Below, piece by piece: positions 1 through 8,998 of a DNA stretch of 64,000 bases. The stretch comes from Minisyncoccota bacterium (GTDB taxonomy: Bacteria; Patescibacteriota; Minisyncoccia; Phycocordibacterales; UBA9973). The stretch covers positions 128,740 to 192,739 of the forward strand of contig JBAZRK010000002.1 of the NCBI GenBank assembly GCA_041663005.1. Direction: 5' to 3'. The notes under the pieces were generated by a model. It did not search any database. It saw only the letters and a program-made list of their open reading frames with translations, and had not been told where the DNA came from. Position 1 is the stretch's first letter; the number at the start of each line of letters is the position of its first letter. The translations under genes and the position numbers were made by a program.

Positions 1-132
1 CCGTCATATCACAAGGGCTAGGGCGTTGTGGTATTAACTCTGTACAGCTAGGAACTGAGGAAGTGGTAGAAGTTCTTTATAAAGTTTTTAACCCCGGAGA
101 GTTGGAAGGTAAAATTAAAGTAGCATAACATT

Positions 133-1977
133 ATGTCATTTTTTGATAAATTATTAGGAAAAAAGGAATCTAAGGGCGAAGAAGAAACAGCTGCTTCGAC
201 ATTGGCAGTCTTGCCAGAGCAAATTTATGAATCGGGAAATTTGGAACTCCAGGACATAATTGCTCCTTCCGCGCTAAAGATAGAGCCAAAGGCCTTAAAC
301 CTTGGGGAGAAAATTGCCCGCACATTTTTTATAATTTCTTATCCGCGATTCTTGTCTGACAACTGGTTTTCGCCCATTATAAACCTCGATAAGGTTTTTG
401 ACATTTCAATTTTTATACACCCGATAGATACCTCCCTTGCCCTGCGTCAATTTCAGAAAAAGGTTGCCGAAGTGCAAAGCCAGATAAGCGTCCGCGAAGG
501 GAAAGGCATGGTGCGTGATCCTATGCTCGACACAGCGTATCAAGATCTCGAAAGTTTACGTGACAGCTTAATCCAGGCCCAAGAAAAGATGTTTGATATC
601 GGTGTGTACATAACCATTTATGCCGACAACGAGCTTGAGCTGTTCAAGGTAGAAAGTGAAGTAAAGTCTATTCTAGAATCCAAGCTTATTTACATCAAGC
701 CTGCGTTATTCCAACAAGTGGAGGGTTTCAAAAGTGTAATCCCGATAAATACCGACCTTTTGGGGATTACCCAGAAACTCAATTCTGAACCCTTGTCGAG
801 TATCTTTCCCTTTATATCTTTTGACCTAACTTCAGATAAAGGAATTCTCTACGGAATTAACCGACATAACTCCAGTATGGTTATTTTCGATCGTTTTTCT
901 CTGGAAAACTATAACTCAGTCACTTTCGCCAAATCCGGTTCGGGTAAATCTTACGCCACCAAGCTAGAAATCCTTCGGTCGCTTATGTTCGATACGGATG
1001 TTATTGTTATCGATCCCGAAAGAGAGTATGAATTCCTTTCAGAAACAGTGGGTGGAAGATATTTCAATATCTCTCTTTCTTCCGATCACCACATAAATCC
1101 TTTCGACCTGCCTATCCCGCGTGAAGACGAAACCGCAGAAGATGTTTTGCGTTCCAACATCATAAACCTGGTGGGATTGTTCCGCTTGATGTTAGGCGGG
1201 CTTTCGCCGGAAGAAGACTCAATGGTAGACCGTGCAATTTCGGAAACTTACGCAATGAAAGACATAACGCCGGAGTCAGACTTCTCGAATATCGACCCCC
1301 CGCTTCTTTCGGACTTTGAAATGGTACTCTCGGGTATGGACGGCAGCGACTCTGTGGTGCAGAGATTGGTGAAGTACACCCGCGGCTCCTGGGCCACGTT
1401 TCTAAATCGACCCTCAAACGTAGACATAAATAAAAAGTTCGTCGTTTTCTCCGTGCGAGATATGGAAGACGAGCTTAAGCCTATCGCAATGTATATCATT
1501 ATGCATTATATTTGGAACACTATCAGGAAAAATTTGAAGAAGCGCATCTTGGTAGTCGACGAGGCTTGGTGGATGATGAAGTCCGAAGATACCGCCTCTT
1601 TCCTTTACTCTATCGCTAAACGAGGGAGAAAATATTACTTGGGCCTTTCGACAATAACTCAAGACGCCGCCGACTTTATGAAATCTCCTTATGGGGTGCC
1701 CATAATCACAAACTCCTCCATCCAGCTCTTACTTAAACAATCCCCAACAACCATCGACATTCTCCAGCAAACCTTTAACCTAACCGACGAGGAAAAATAC
1801 CTCCTACTTGAGTCCAATGTAGGGGAGGGAATATTCTTCGCCGGGTTAAAGCATGTGGCTATAAAAATAGTGGCCTCTTATACCGAAGACCAAATCATCA
1901 CTTCTGACCCTTCGCAAATCCTTTCTAACAAAAAAGCGAAACAGGACGAGGAGAAAGCGGAATTGGCTAAGAAGTAA
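133..1977 (+). CDS. VirB4/TrbE/TraC-family conjugative-type (T4SS-like) ATPase
   Basis: 614-aa ORF. Walker A FAKSGSGKSYATK. Walker B embedded in ILVVDEAWWMM (the DEAW motif typical of VirB4/TraC). Size is small for VirB4 but the fold signature is consistent. tataat-like promoter context upstream. Confidence 0.6.
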   Translation: MSFFDKLLGKKESKGEEETAASTLAVLPEQIYESGNLELQDIIAPSALKIEPKALNLGEKIARTFFIISYPRFLSDNWFSPIINLDKVFDISIFIHPIDTSLALRQFQKKVAEVQSQISVREGKGMVRDPMLDTAYQDLESLRDSLIQAQEKMFDIGVYITIYADNELELFKVESEVKSILESKLIYIKPALFQQVEGFKSVIPINTDLLGITQKLNSEPLSSIFPFISFDLTSDKGILYGINRHNSSMVIFDRFSLENYNSVTFAKSGSGKSYATKLEILRSLMFDTDVIVIDPEREYEFLSETVGGRYFNISLSSDHHINPFDLPIPREDETAEDVLRSNIINLVGLFRLMLGGLSPEEDSMVDRAISETYAMKDITPESDFSNIDPPLLSDFEMVLSGMDGSDSVVQRLVKYTRGSWATFLNRPSNVDINKKFVVFSVRDMEDELKPIAMYIIMHYIWNTIRKNLKKRILVVDEAWWMMKSEDTASFLYSIAKRGRKYYLGLSTITQDAADFMKSPYGVPIITNSSIQLLLKQSPTTIDILQQTFNLTDEEKYLLLESNVGEGIFFAGLKHVAIKIVASYTEDQIITSDPSQILSNKKAKQDEEKAELAKK

Positions 1978-2031
1978 GTAGGCTATTAGGCCCTAGGCAA
2001 CTAGGCATTAGCTTTGGTATAATACTTTATA

Positions 2032-2997
2032 ATGAGATTAAGGATCTTTTTTCTGCTTCTAATATTTTTGCTCCCTATGACGGCTGGAGCGATCTCCCCG
2101 TCAAGTATTTTAGTAAACGTCTCTCCAGAAAATCCTGCGCCGGATGAAAGTGTTTATATTTCTTTAAACAGCTATGCTGCCAACCTTGACAGTGTGGCCA
2201 TATCTTGGCTCGTAAATGGAAAAACTGTGTCTTCGGGCATTGGTAAAAAGTCCCTCACGGTAACGGCGCCTGGCGCTGGGCAAGAAATGCGCATTTCTAC
2301 TAGCATCGCCTTCGCTGATGGCAAAGTGGATAAAAATATAGTTTTGCGTCCGGCGGTTATGGCCCTTATCTGGCAAGCCAATGATGCCTACGTCCCCCCT
2401 TTCTATAAAGGCAAGGCGCTCCCTACAACAGGGAGCGATATAAAGATTGTGGCTATGCCTGAGCTAAAGAGCGGTTCGCAGCCCGTAAATATCAAAAATA
2501 TGGTTTATGCTTGGAAGAAAGATTACAACAATGACCAAGGAGCCTCAGGTTATGGTAAAAATTTCTATATTTTCACCAATGACTACCTCGAGGACTCCAA
2601 TGTAGTGAGCGTCGTTGCTTCCACCACAGACCAGAAGTACTCTTCCGCAGGGGAGATAACTGTCGGTATCTTCGAACCTAAAATTTTATTTTACAAAAAT
2701 GATGCTTCGCTCGGGACCCTCTGGGAACACGCCCTCGCTGACGGTCACCGCATAAACGGCGAAGAAATTCTCGAGGCAGCTCCTTACTATATCTCGCCTG
2801 AAGATATCCGCCTTCCTTCCCTTACCTGGGACTGGTCCATAAATGGTACTTATGTTGGCGTTTCAAGCTTAAAGAAAAATGCGCTTCCGGTTAAAGCTAA
2901 CCCTGGCGCATCTGGCACCTCGCGCATAAAAGTGGAAATAAATAATAAATACAAATTATTCACTTCGGCCGAAAAGGAGCTCGACGTGCAATTTTAA
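2032..2997 (+). CDS. secreted hypothetical protein (N-terminal signal peptide, beta-rich)
   Basis: 321-aa ORF starting MRLRIFFLLLIFLLPMTAGA (signal peptide). No recognizable catalytic motif. Tightly linked between the VirB4-like gene and the lysozyme-like membrane protein. Confidence 0.5.
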   Translation: MRLRIFFLLLIFLLPMTAGAISPSSILVNVSPENPAPDESVYISLNSYAANLDSVAISWLVNGKTVSSGIGKKSLTVTAPGAGQEMRISTSIAFADGKVDKNIVLRPAVMALIWQANDAYVPPFYKGKALPTTGSDIKIVAMPELKSGSQPVNIKNMVYAWKKDYNNDQGASGYGKNFYIFTNDYLEDSNVVSVVASTTDQKYSSAGEITVGIFEPKILFYKNDASLGTLWEHALADGHRINGEEILEAAPYYISPEDIRLPSLTWDWSINGTYVGVSSLKKNALPVKANPGASGTSRIKVEINNKYKLFTSAEKELDVQF

Positions 2998-2999
2998 TT

Positions 3000-4001
3000 A
3001 TGAAAAAAATTTTATTTTACATTTTAATACTTACCACTTTAACCTTTTCTGTCTCGTCAAACATTTTCGCAGCTACTGTGTGCCAAGAAGGAACGGTCCC
3101 TTCCCCAGACGGCAACTCCTGTGTCCCAGCGCCCACCCCTGTCTCTCCCACAACATATCAGCTTTTATCTCCACTACCTTGCCCAGATGGCGCTGCGGGT
3201 TGTTCGGGAACTAAACTTGAAAGTTTTGATACTGCCTTAGATAAAAACGCGGGTTTGGCGCCATATTTAAACACGATGATAAAGATCTTCATCGGCATTT
3301 GCGCCGTGTTGGCTGTGGTGATGATAGTAATAGGTGGCTTGGAATATATGACTAGCGAGCTCCCCAGCAACAAAGAAGGTGGTAAAAATAGAATCACTCA
3401 AGCTGTGTTCGGCCTTATTCTCGCACTTGTCGCCTGGCTAATACTCTACACCATCAACCCAGCTCTCCTCGATGCGGATTTGAAAAACGTGGGGACTGCC
3501 ACGGTGACGGTCACTTTAGACGAAAAGATTAAAATATATTCTGGTGGAGGAACCTGTGAACCTATCACAACGGGTCTATGTAGCCCGGAAAATTTAGCTG
3601 GAGCTGGTTTTGCGAATGGCACACAGGCTTCGTCTATATGTAAAGGGGAAAGTAATGGGAACGCTAGTTTGCAAAGCGAGGTAGATAAATGTAAAGACGG
3701 AAACTCTTTTTCTTTTGGTTTATTTCAAGTAAATGTCATCGCCCATGCAAATGAAATTCCTGGTGGGGTGTGTAGTGGTATATTTGAAGTAAGCGGCGGA
3801 GGGACTCAAGGTGCCTGTATGCCGGGAAAAAGCAAGAATGGTATATGTTTTGAACGAGACTGTAGTGTAAAAAACCCCACCAAATACCAATCGTGCATAA
3901 ATTACATAAACAACCCTGCCAACAACATAGCTTATGCAAAAAATTTGCAAGCGGCGCGAGGGTGGGGGCAGTGGGGCGCCAATGCCTCATGTCATTTTTA
4001 A
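3000..4001 (+). CDS. membrane-anchored Cys-rich lysozyme/lytic-transglycosylase-like protein (signal peptide + two-TM hairpin + VirB1/SLT-like C-terminal domain)
   Basis: Signal peptide MKKILFYILILTTLTFSVSS. Two hydrophobic helices (IKIFIGICAVLAVVMIVIGG and AVFGLILALVAWLILYTI) arranged like a TrbC/VirB2 hairpin. C-terminal domain has about 14 Cys, a CKGES-Xn-S-X-GLFQVN arrangement and a terminal AYAKNLQAARGWGQW, reminiscent of SLT (E-S ... GLMQ ... AYNAG) and i-type lysozyme signatures. Starts 3 nt after the previous stop, so probably co-transcribed. Confidence 0.4.
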   Translation: MKKILFYILILTTLTFSVSSNIFAATVCQEGTVPSPDGNSCVPAPTPVSPTTYQLLSPLPCPDGAAGCSGTKLESFDTALDKNAGLAPYLNTMIKIFIGICAVLAVVMIVIGGLEYMTSELPSNKEGGKNRITQAVFGLILALVAWLILYTINPALLDADLKNVGTATVTVTLDEKIKIYSGGGTCEPITTGLCSPENLAGAGFANGTQASSICKGESNGNASLQSEVDKCKDGNSFSFGLFQVNVIAHANEIPGGVCSGIFEVSGGGTQGACMPGKSKNGICFERDCSVKNPTKYQSCINYINNPANNIAYAKNLQAARGWGQWGANASCHF

Positions 4002-4008
4002 TTATTTT

Positions 4009-5343
4009 ATGTCAAAAAGAAATTTTACACTTCTAATAATCGTCCTGGTAATCGTTGTTGCGGTACTTTTCGGATTTTTATTTTATAAAAACGCGCCAGT
4101 CGCTCCCGGGGAAGAACCGGGGGGCACAAACTTTTTCTCACAATTTAATCCTTTCAGTAATAACGACAGCACTACGCCTGACGTCACTCCTCCGCCTACC
4201 GACATTTCAGATTACGTGCCTCCAGAAGAAGAAACCAACTTATCACTTCTTAAGGTCTCCAGTATGCCTGTGGCAGGGTACACAGTCTTCCAGAAAGAAA
4301 GATTTAAGGAGGTGCCTGTAGTAGCTCCTAGCGCAATGGAAGGGGAAGGAGCTCTCCCTGCCCCTGTTCCAACAAAACCAACCCCGCCACAGACAGAATT
4401 TGTGCCCGCGCTTAGATATGTGGACCGCGCTACCGGGAATATTTATCAAACTTTCGCAGATAAAATTGAGGAGCGTAAATTCTCAGTCACAGTAATTCCT
4501 AAAGTGTATGAGGCAGTGTTCGGAAACGGGGGAGAGGCTGTAGTAATGAGATATGTTAAAGGCGATGGAAAAAGTATAGAAACTTTCTTCGGCAAACTGC
4601 CAAAGGAAATTCTTGGTGGGGACAGCACGGGAGAGAACGAAGTGCGAGGAACTTTCCTCCCCGCTAATATTACCGACCTCAGCCTCACCGCCGATGGTAA
4701 AAATTTGTTTTATCTTTTTGATTCCGGAGAAACAACCATAGGCACAACCCTTGACCTCACTACGGAGAAAAAAGCTCAGATTTTTGACTCCGCTTTCAAT
4801 GAATGGCTCCCTCTTTGGCCTAATAGCAAACTCATAACACTTACAACCAAGCCTTCATACCTAGCCCCAGGATATATGTATAAGTTAGATACGGGCACCA
4901 AGGGCTTTAGCCAGATTTTGGCAGACATAACTGGACTTACGACACTTACTAGCCCTGATGGAAAAAAGGTTTTGTATGCGAACAATACTCTAGCCTTAAA
5001 TATTTACCACACGGACACCAAAGTTTCCGAATCTCTCGGCGTCAGAACCCTGCCTGAGAAATGTGTCTGGGGTAAAGATAGTCTTGTTATTTATTGTGCT
5101 GCGCCGAAAATGGTAACAGGAGCAAACTATCCAGACATATGGTATCAGGGAGAAACATCCTTTGATGATCAAATTTGGAAAATAGAAGTAGAGACTGGAA
5201 GTGCCTCTATCCTCCTTGACCCAGCCAGTACTACGGCAGGAGAAAACGTAGACGGCATTAAGCTCTCTCTTGACCAAGGAGAAAAATATTTATTTTTCGT
5301 AAACAAAAAAGACTCTTTCTTGTGGAAATTCGATTTGGAATAG
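4009..5343 (+). CDS. membrane-anchored hypothetical protein (N-terminal TM, Pro/Thr-rich linker, large extracytoplasmic domain)
   Basis: Start chosen at the internal ATG at 4009 (MSKRNFTLLIIVLVIVVAVLF), 8 nt after the previous stop; the longer ORF from 3934 overlaps the upstream gene. A PPPTDISDYVPPEEE linker is followed by a beta-rich domain. Confidence 0.5.
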   Translation: MSKRNFTLLIIVLVIVVAVLFGFLFYKNAPVAPGEEPGGTNFFSQFNPFSNNDSTTPDVTPPPTDISDYVPPEEETNLSLLKVSSMPVAGYTVFQKERFKEVPVVAPSAMEGEGALPAPVPTKPTPPQTEFVPALRYVDRATGNIYQTFADKIEERKFSVTVIPKVYEAVFGNGGEAVVMRYVKGDGKSIETFFGKLPKEILGGDSTGENEVRGTFLPANITDLSLTADGKNLFYLFDSGETTIGTTLDLTTEKKAQIFDSAFNEWLPLWPNSKLITLTTKPSYLAPGYMYKLDTGTKGFSQILADITGLTTLTSPDGKKVLYANNTLALNIYHTDTKVSESLGVRTLPEKCVWGKDSLVIYCAAPKMVTGANYPDIWYQGETSFDDQIWKIEVETGSASILLDPASTTAGENVDGIKLSLDQGEKYLFFVNKKDSFLWKFDLE

Positions 5344-5348
5344 TAAAC

Positions 5349-5831
5349 TTATTTCAGTTCTCCTATATACTTGATTACAACCCGGCGTGAGTTGCCGGTA
5401 CCGATAGATTCTGTTTCGAGGTCTCGCGCTTCGGACAAAAATTCGTGAACAATTCTGCGCTCAAAGGCCGTCATCGGGTCAACTTCTATATTTGATTTAA
5501 AGTATCTTGCTCGCTCGGACATCATATGCGCTACGGCACGAATACTGTCGATGTGTTTCTTTTGGAAACCGTTGATATCTACTAAAATTCCCATTCTCTC
5601 GGGATTCGCTTCCCTCTTGGCATAATTGCGAGCCTCAACAATTCGGTGCACGAGGTGATTTAAGGCGTGGAGCCCTTCCGCATCGCGACCGATGAAGAGA
5701 TGTGGTTCATTTACTTCAACTGAAATCCACACGTTGCCCGGCTTTTCTTCGATAACAGAAATTTCCCGTGGTTCTCCTGCGGTTTTTTCTATCAAGTCCT
5801 TTATTAAATTGCGTATTTCGCTTGTGTCCAT
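5349..5831 (-). CDS. jag: Jag/KhpB-like RNA-binding protein (KH + R3H)
   Basis: 160 aa with a C-terminal R3H-like motif region. Sits in the canonical position immediately downstream of yidC in the rnpA-yidD-yidC-jag operon. Confidence 0.7.
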   Translation of the reverse strand: MDTSEIRNLIKDLIEKTAGEPREISVIEEKPGNVWISVEVNEPHLFIGRDAEGLHALNHLVHRIVEARNYAKREANPERMGILVDINGFQKKHIDSIRAVAHMMSERARYFKSNIEVDPMTAFERRIVHEFLSEARDLETESIGTGNSRRVVIKYIGELK

Positions 5832-5833
5832 TT

Positions 5834-6565
5834 CTAAATATGTTGATCCGGCTTACTAAACTCTTTTCTTTTGACATAAATCTGTTGCCCCGCCATAAAG
5901 ACGTTGCTCGTAATCCAGTAAAGCGCCACGGCTCCGGAAATACTGTAGGCGATGAAAGCTACAATGAAAGGGAAGATATATTTCATCTGCAGGTGCATAC
6001 TCTTGGCAAAGCTGTCAGAGAACGAACCCGAGTTCGAAGAACTGGTAGGGGTGGGTTTAGGCATAAAGTGAGCTTGTAGGTATTGTGAAACTCCCGCTAA
6101 AATGGCAAGAACCACACTTTTGCCAGCAATATCAAGCACCCCTAAAAACATCATATTAGCATGCTCGGGTACTGGGATGAATGAATACAAGTAACCGTTC
6201 TGGAAACTTATTCCTCGAGAAAATACGTAATACAAAGCGAAAATTATAGGGATTTGCACCAGAACCAGGAGACAACCGGAAAATGGGTTAACTTTATGTT
6301 TCTTATATAGTTCAAAGGTAAGCTTGGCCTGCTCTTCCTTAGAAGCTCCGCTAGTCTTTATTTTACTGAGCTCGGGCTGAAGCATATTCATTTCAGCCTG
6401 GCTTTCAATAGAGCGGTGCGAAAGCGGAAGGAGAATGAGCTTTACGATAATGGTTAAGATTATAACCGCAAGACCGACGTCTCCGCCGGGGATAACTGAA
6501 ACCAAGAACGCTAGGGCATTTAATAATGGCTCATACAAAACTGTGTTCCAGATGTTTGAAATCAT
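5834..6565 (-). CDS. yidC: membrane protein insertase YidC (short form)
   Basis: 243-aa polytopic membrane protein. Operon context with rnpA and yidD. Conserved C-terminal basic tail. Confidence 0.85.
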   Translation of the reverse strand: MISNIWNTVLYEPLLNALAFLVSVIPGGDVGLAVIILTIIVKLILLPLSHRSIESQAEMNMLQPELSKIKTSGASKEEQAKLTFELYKKHKVNPFSGCLLVLVQIPIIFALYYVFSRGISFQNGYLYSFIPVPEHANMMFLGVLDIAGKSVVLAILAGVSQYLQAHFMPKPTPTSSSNSGSFSDSFAKSMHLQMKYIFPFIVAFIAYSISGAVALYWITSNVFMAGQQIYVKRKEFSKPDQHI

Positions 6566-6641
6566 AGTCTCATCTTATCTCAAAATCTCAAAAAGTCCAC
6601 CCAGTGGTATATTTTTATCCTTTTTTAGTGCTCTTCTAATT

Positions 6642-6857
6642 CTACCTGAGCGGGTCCATATGGTTTTTCTGCCAGGGGTGACAGCGTAAGATACGGAAAA
6701 ATCCCAGACGGGTTCCTTTGAGTGTCCCATATTTTTCTACGGCTTGTTTGGTGTACTCCGAGCAGGTGGGGTAGAAAACGCAAGCTGGTCGAAAAAGAGG
6801 GGAGATGTACTTCTGGTATAAACTAATTAATTTTACTGAGTATCGTCTCAATTTCAT
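6642..6857 (-). CDS. yidD: membrane protein insertion efficiency factor YidD
   Basis: 71 aa with the YPTCSEY...HPW..GG..DP signature typical of YidD. Confidence 0.8.
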   Translation of the reverse strand: MKLRRYSVKLISLYQKYISPLFRPACVFYPTCSEYTKQAVEKYGTLKGTRLGFFRILRCHPWQKNHMDPLR

Positions 6858-7146
6858 TTTTTAACGTTTCGTTGTTGTCTTGATATTTCTTAAACACGAA
6901 TGCCCCAGTAAGACCCTTTGGGAGCTTTTTCTCCTGCTTGCTTAAGGCCAAATACCCCAACCGGCGCAAGGCATTTCTTTTAACAGCAAGCTTAGCCGTA
7001 CTTTTCGGCACAATAAAAGAAATTCGCGGCTCGCCCCCCGCTACTTTTGTATACTTGAAACTCAAAGAAGGGGAATTTAAGAATCTTCCCTCTTTAAATA
7101 TTCGATCTATGGCCTTTTTGTCGGCCCTATTCTTCTTAGGAAGCAT
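6823..7146 (-). CDS. rnpA: ribonuclease P protein component
   Basis: 107 aa, basic, with an RnpA-like KLAVKRNALRRLGY motif. Overlaps the yidD start and lies downstream of rpmH. Confidence 0.8.
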   Translation of the reverse strand: MLPKKNRADKKAIDRIFKEGRFLNSPSLSFKYTKVAGGEPRISFIVPKSTAKLAVKRNALRRLGYLALSKQEKKLPKGLTGAFVFKKYQDNNETLKNEIETILSKIN

Positions 7147-7158
7147 TAGCTATGAGAG

Positions 7159-7293
7159 CTAGACAGAAAGTCGCGCTCGGCCCTTTCTCCTCCGCTTTAC
7201 CAATACCTTCTTGCCGGTCTTAGTTCGGGAACGCACCAGAAAACCGTGCGATCTTGCCCTTTTCCTCTTTTTGGGTTGATATGTTTGCGACAT
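7159..7293 (-). CDS. rpmH: 50S ribosomal protein L34
   Basis: Hand-translated 44-aa ORF (below the 60-aa cutoff of the ORF track): [44 protein letters not shown]. Classic L34 sequence, in the conserved rpmH-rnpA position. Confidence 0.85.
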   Translation of the reverse strand: MSQTYQPKKRKRARSHGFLVRSRTKTGKKVLVKRRRKGRARLSV

Positions 7294-7341
7294 ATATAAG
7301 AGTGTATAATAAAAAAAGCCGTAAGGCAACTGGTGTGTCTT

Positions 7342-7350
7342 TTATCCACA
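7342..7350 (+). promoter_or_regulatory. consensus DnaA box TTATCCACA in the rpmH-dnaA intergenic region (oriC/dnaA promoter region 7294-7417)
   Basis: Exact 9-mer TTATCCACA at 7342-7350. tataat at 7404-7409 lies just upstream of the dnaA ATG at 7418. Confidence 0.6.
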
Positions 7351-7417
7351 GTTTATTAACACAGTTAATAAGTCGGGAAGAGTGCCGTTTGATTTATAAA
7401 TAGTATAATACTGACCT

Positions 7418-8761
7418 ATGAATACAAAGCAGTTGTGGAAGAATTGCCTGCTCCAGATAGAGGCGAGCATGTCAAAAGCAAATTTCAGCACCTGGTTTAA
7501 AAACACATCTATTGTAAAAGAGGAAACGGGGATAATTTACATTGGCGTACCTAACGAATTTGTCCGCGATTGGTTAATGAACAAATACCATAAGCTCATT
7601 ACTAAGACCATCGCCGACGCTTATGAAAATATGCGTGCGGTTGAGTACACTATAACCAAAATAGAGGTAGAAAAAGAGTCTTCTACGGCCCCAGTGAGTG
7701 AGACCACTGAGAGGGAGCTGCCTTTAAAGGATTTATACATCAATCCGGACGATAATTTGAACCCGAGGTACCATTTTAACTCTTTTATCGTGGGTGCTTT
7801 CAATGAGTTGGCGTATGCGGCATCTCAAGCGATCATTGATTCTCCTGGAACGAAGTATAATCCGTTTTTCATTTACGGAGGCACAGGACTCGGGAAGACT
7901 CATATGATCCAAGCCGTTGGAAACTCCATCAAAGATAAATATCCGAACAAGAAAGTTCACTATATGACCCTGGAGAAATTCGCCACCGACTTCATAAACG
8001 CCCTCCAGAACAACAAAGCGAACTCTTTCAAAGAAAAATATCGAAAATACGACCTTTTGATTATCGACGACATTCAATTTATTGGTAAAATGGAAAAAAT
8101 TCAGGAAGAACTCTTTCACACCTTCAATACTTTCCATGAAAGCAACAAGCAAATAATATTTTCTTCAGACAAACATCCTAATTACATCCCAGAGCTTGCC
8201 GACAGGCTAAAGTCTCGGTTTGCGGCGGGGATGATAGTTGATATTTCTGAACCAGAGTATGAGTCCCGCCTGGCAATCCTAAAAGTTAAACTGCGCGACC
8301 TAAATATTGACCTAGAGCAGGAAGTTGTGGAGTATATAGCTGGGGTTGTTCAAGGTAATATCAGAGAATTAGAGGGGAGCTTAAACCTGGTAGTAATGCA
8401 GTATCGCCTTAAAAACAAGCCTTTAACTGTTATTGAGGTTAAAAACCTACTTAAAAACAACATGCGTCCAAAGAAAAACATCGCCATTAAGGATGTTGTG
8501 AAGATTGTGAGTGATTATTATAAACTTGAGGAGGCTTCTGTTTATGAAAAAACTCGAAAAAAGGAGATTGTGAAGGCGCGCCAGGTGGTTATGTATTTAC
8601 TGAGAGAAGATTTTAATGTTTCCTACCCATTAATAGGACAAAAGTTGGGGGGTAAGGACCATACAACAGTTATTCATTCTTGTTTAAAAATAAAAACAGA
8701 TTTAAAGAGCGACCCACAACTACTTCAAGAGTTGGAACAAATAAGAATTATGTTTAAATAG
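7418..8761 (+). CDS. dnaA: chromosomal replication initiator DnaA
   Basis: 447 aa. AAA+ Walker A GGTGLGKTH, Walker B LLIIDDIQF, and a C-terminal DNA-binding domain (VMYLLRE...SYPLIGQKLGGKDHTTV). Confidence 0.95.
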   Translation: MNTKQLWKNCLLQIEASMSKANFSTWFKNTSIVKEETGIIYIGVPNEFVRDWLMNKYHKLITKTIADAYENMRAVEYTITKIEVEKESSTAPVSETTERELPLKDLYINPDDNLNPRYHFNSFIVGAFNELAYAASQAIIDSPGTKYNPFFIYGGTGLGKTHMIQAVGNSIKDKYPNKKVHYMTLEKFATDFINALQNNKANSFKEKYRKYDLLIIDDIQFIGKMEKIQEELFHTFNTFHESNKQIIFSSDKHPNYIPELADRLKSRFAAGMIVDISEPEYESRLAILKVKLRDLNIDLEQEVVEYIAGVVQGNIRELEGSLNLVVMQYRLKNKPLTVIEVKNLLKNNMRPKKNIAIKDVVKIVSDYYKLEEASVYEKTRKKEIVKARQVVMYLLREDFNVSYPLIGQKLGGKDHTTVIHSCLKIKTDLKSDPQLLQELEQIRIMFK

Positions 8762-8998
8762 CTGTGGGTAAGTTAAGAAAAACATACTAACAACTTTCAT
8801 TTCAATTGTTAATAAAAAATGATAATTAAATTAAGATAATATTAAAAGATAAATATTACTAAAAATTAAAGAAGGTTGTTAGTTAAAAATAAGATTAAAA
8901 TTTTACAAAATAACCATATAAAGTAATATTGAAAAATTTTATCCACTTATAAACACAACTAGTATTACTAATAATTTAAATATATAAAATATAAACAT
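8762..8998. other. extremely AT-rich dnaA-dnaN spacer, candidate DNA unwinding element of oriC
   Basis: About 237 bp, almost entirely A/T. DnaA-box-like 9-mers occur at 8763-8771 (TGTGGGTAA, 1 mismatch, reverse orientation) and 8939-8947 (TTATCCACT, 1 mismatch). Confidence 0.5.

Noticed and set aside
3158-5277. Minus-strand ORFs antisense to the T4SS-like module genes (3158-3397, 3720-3990, 4243-4688, 4776-5277)
   Set aside because: Contained within better-supported plus-strand CDSs. No motifs.
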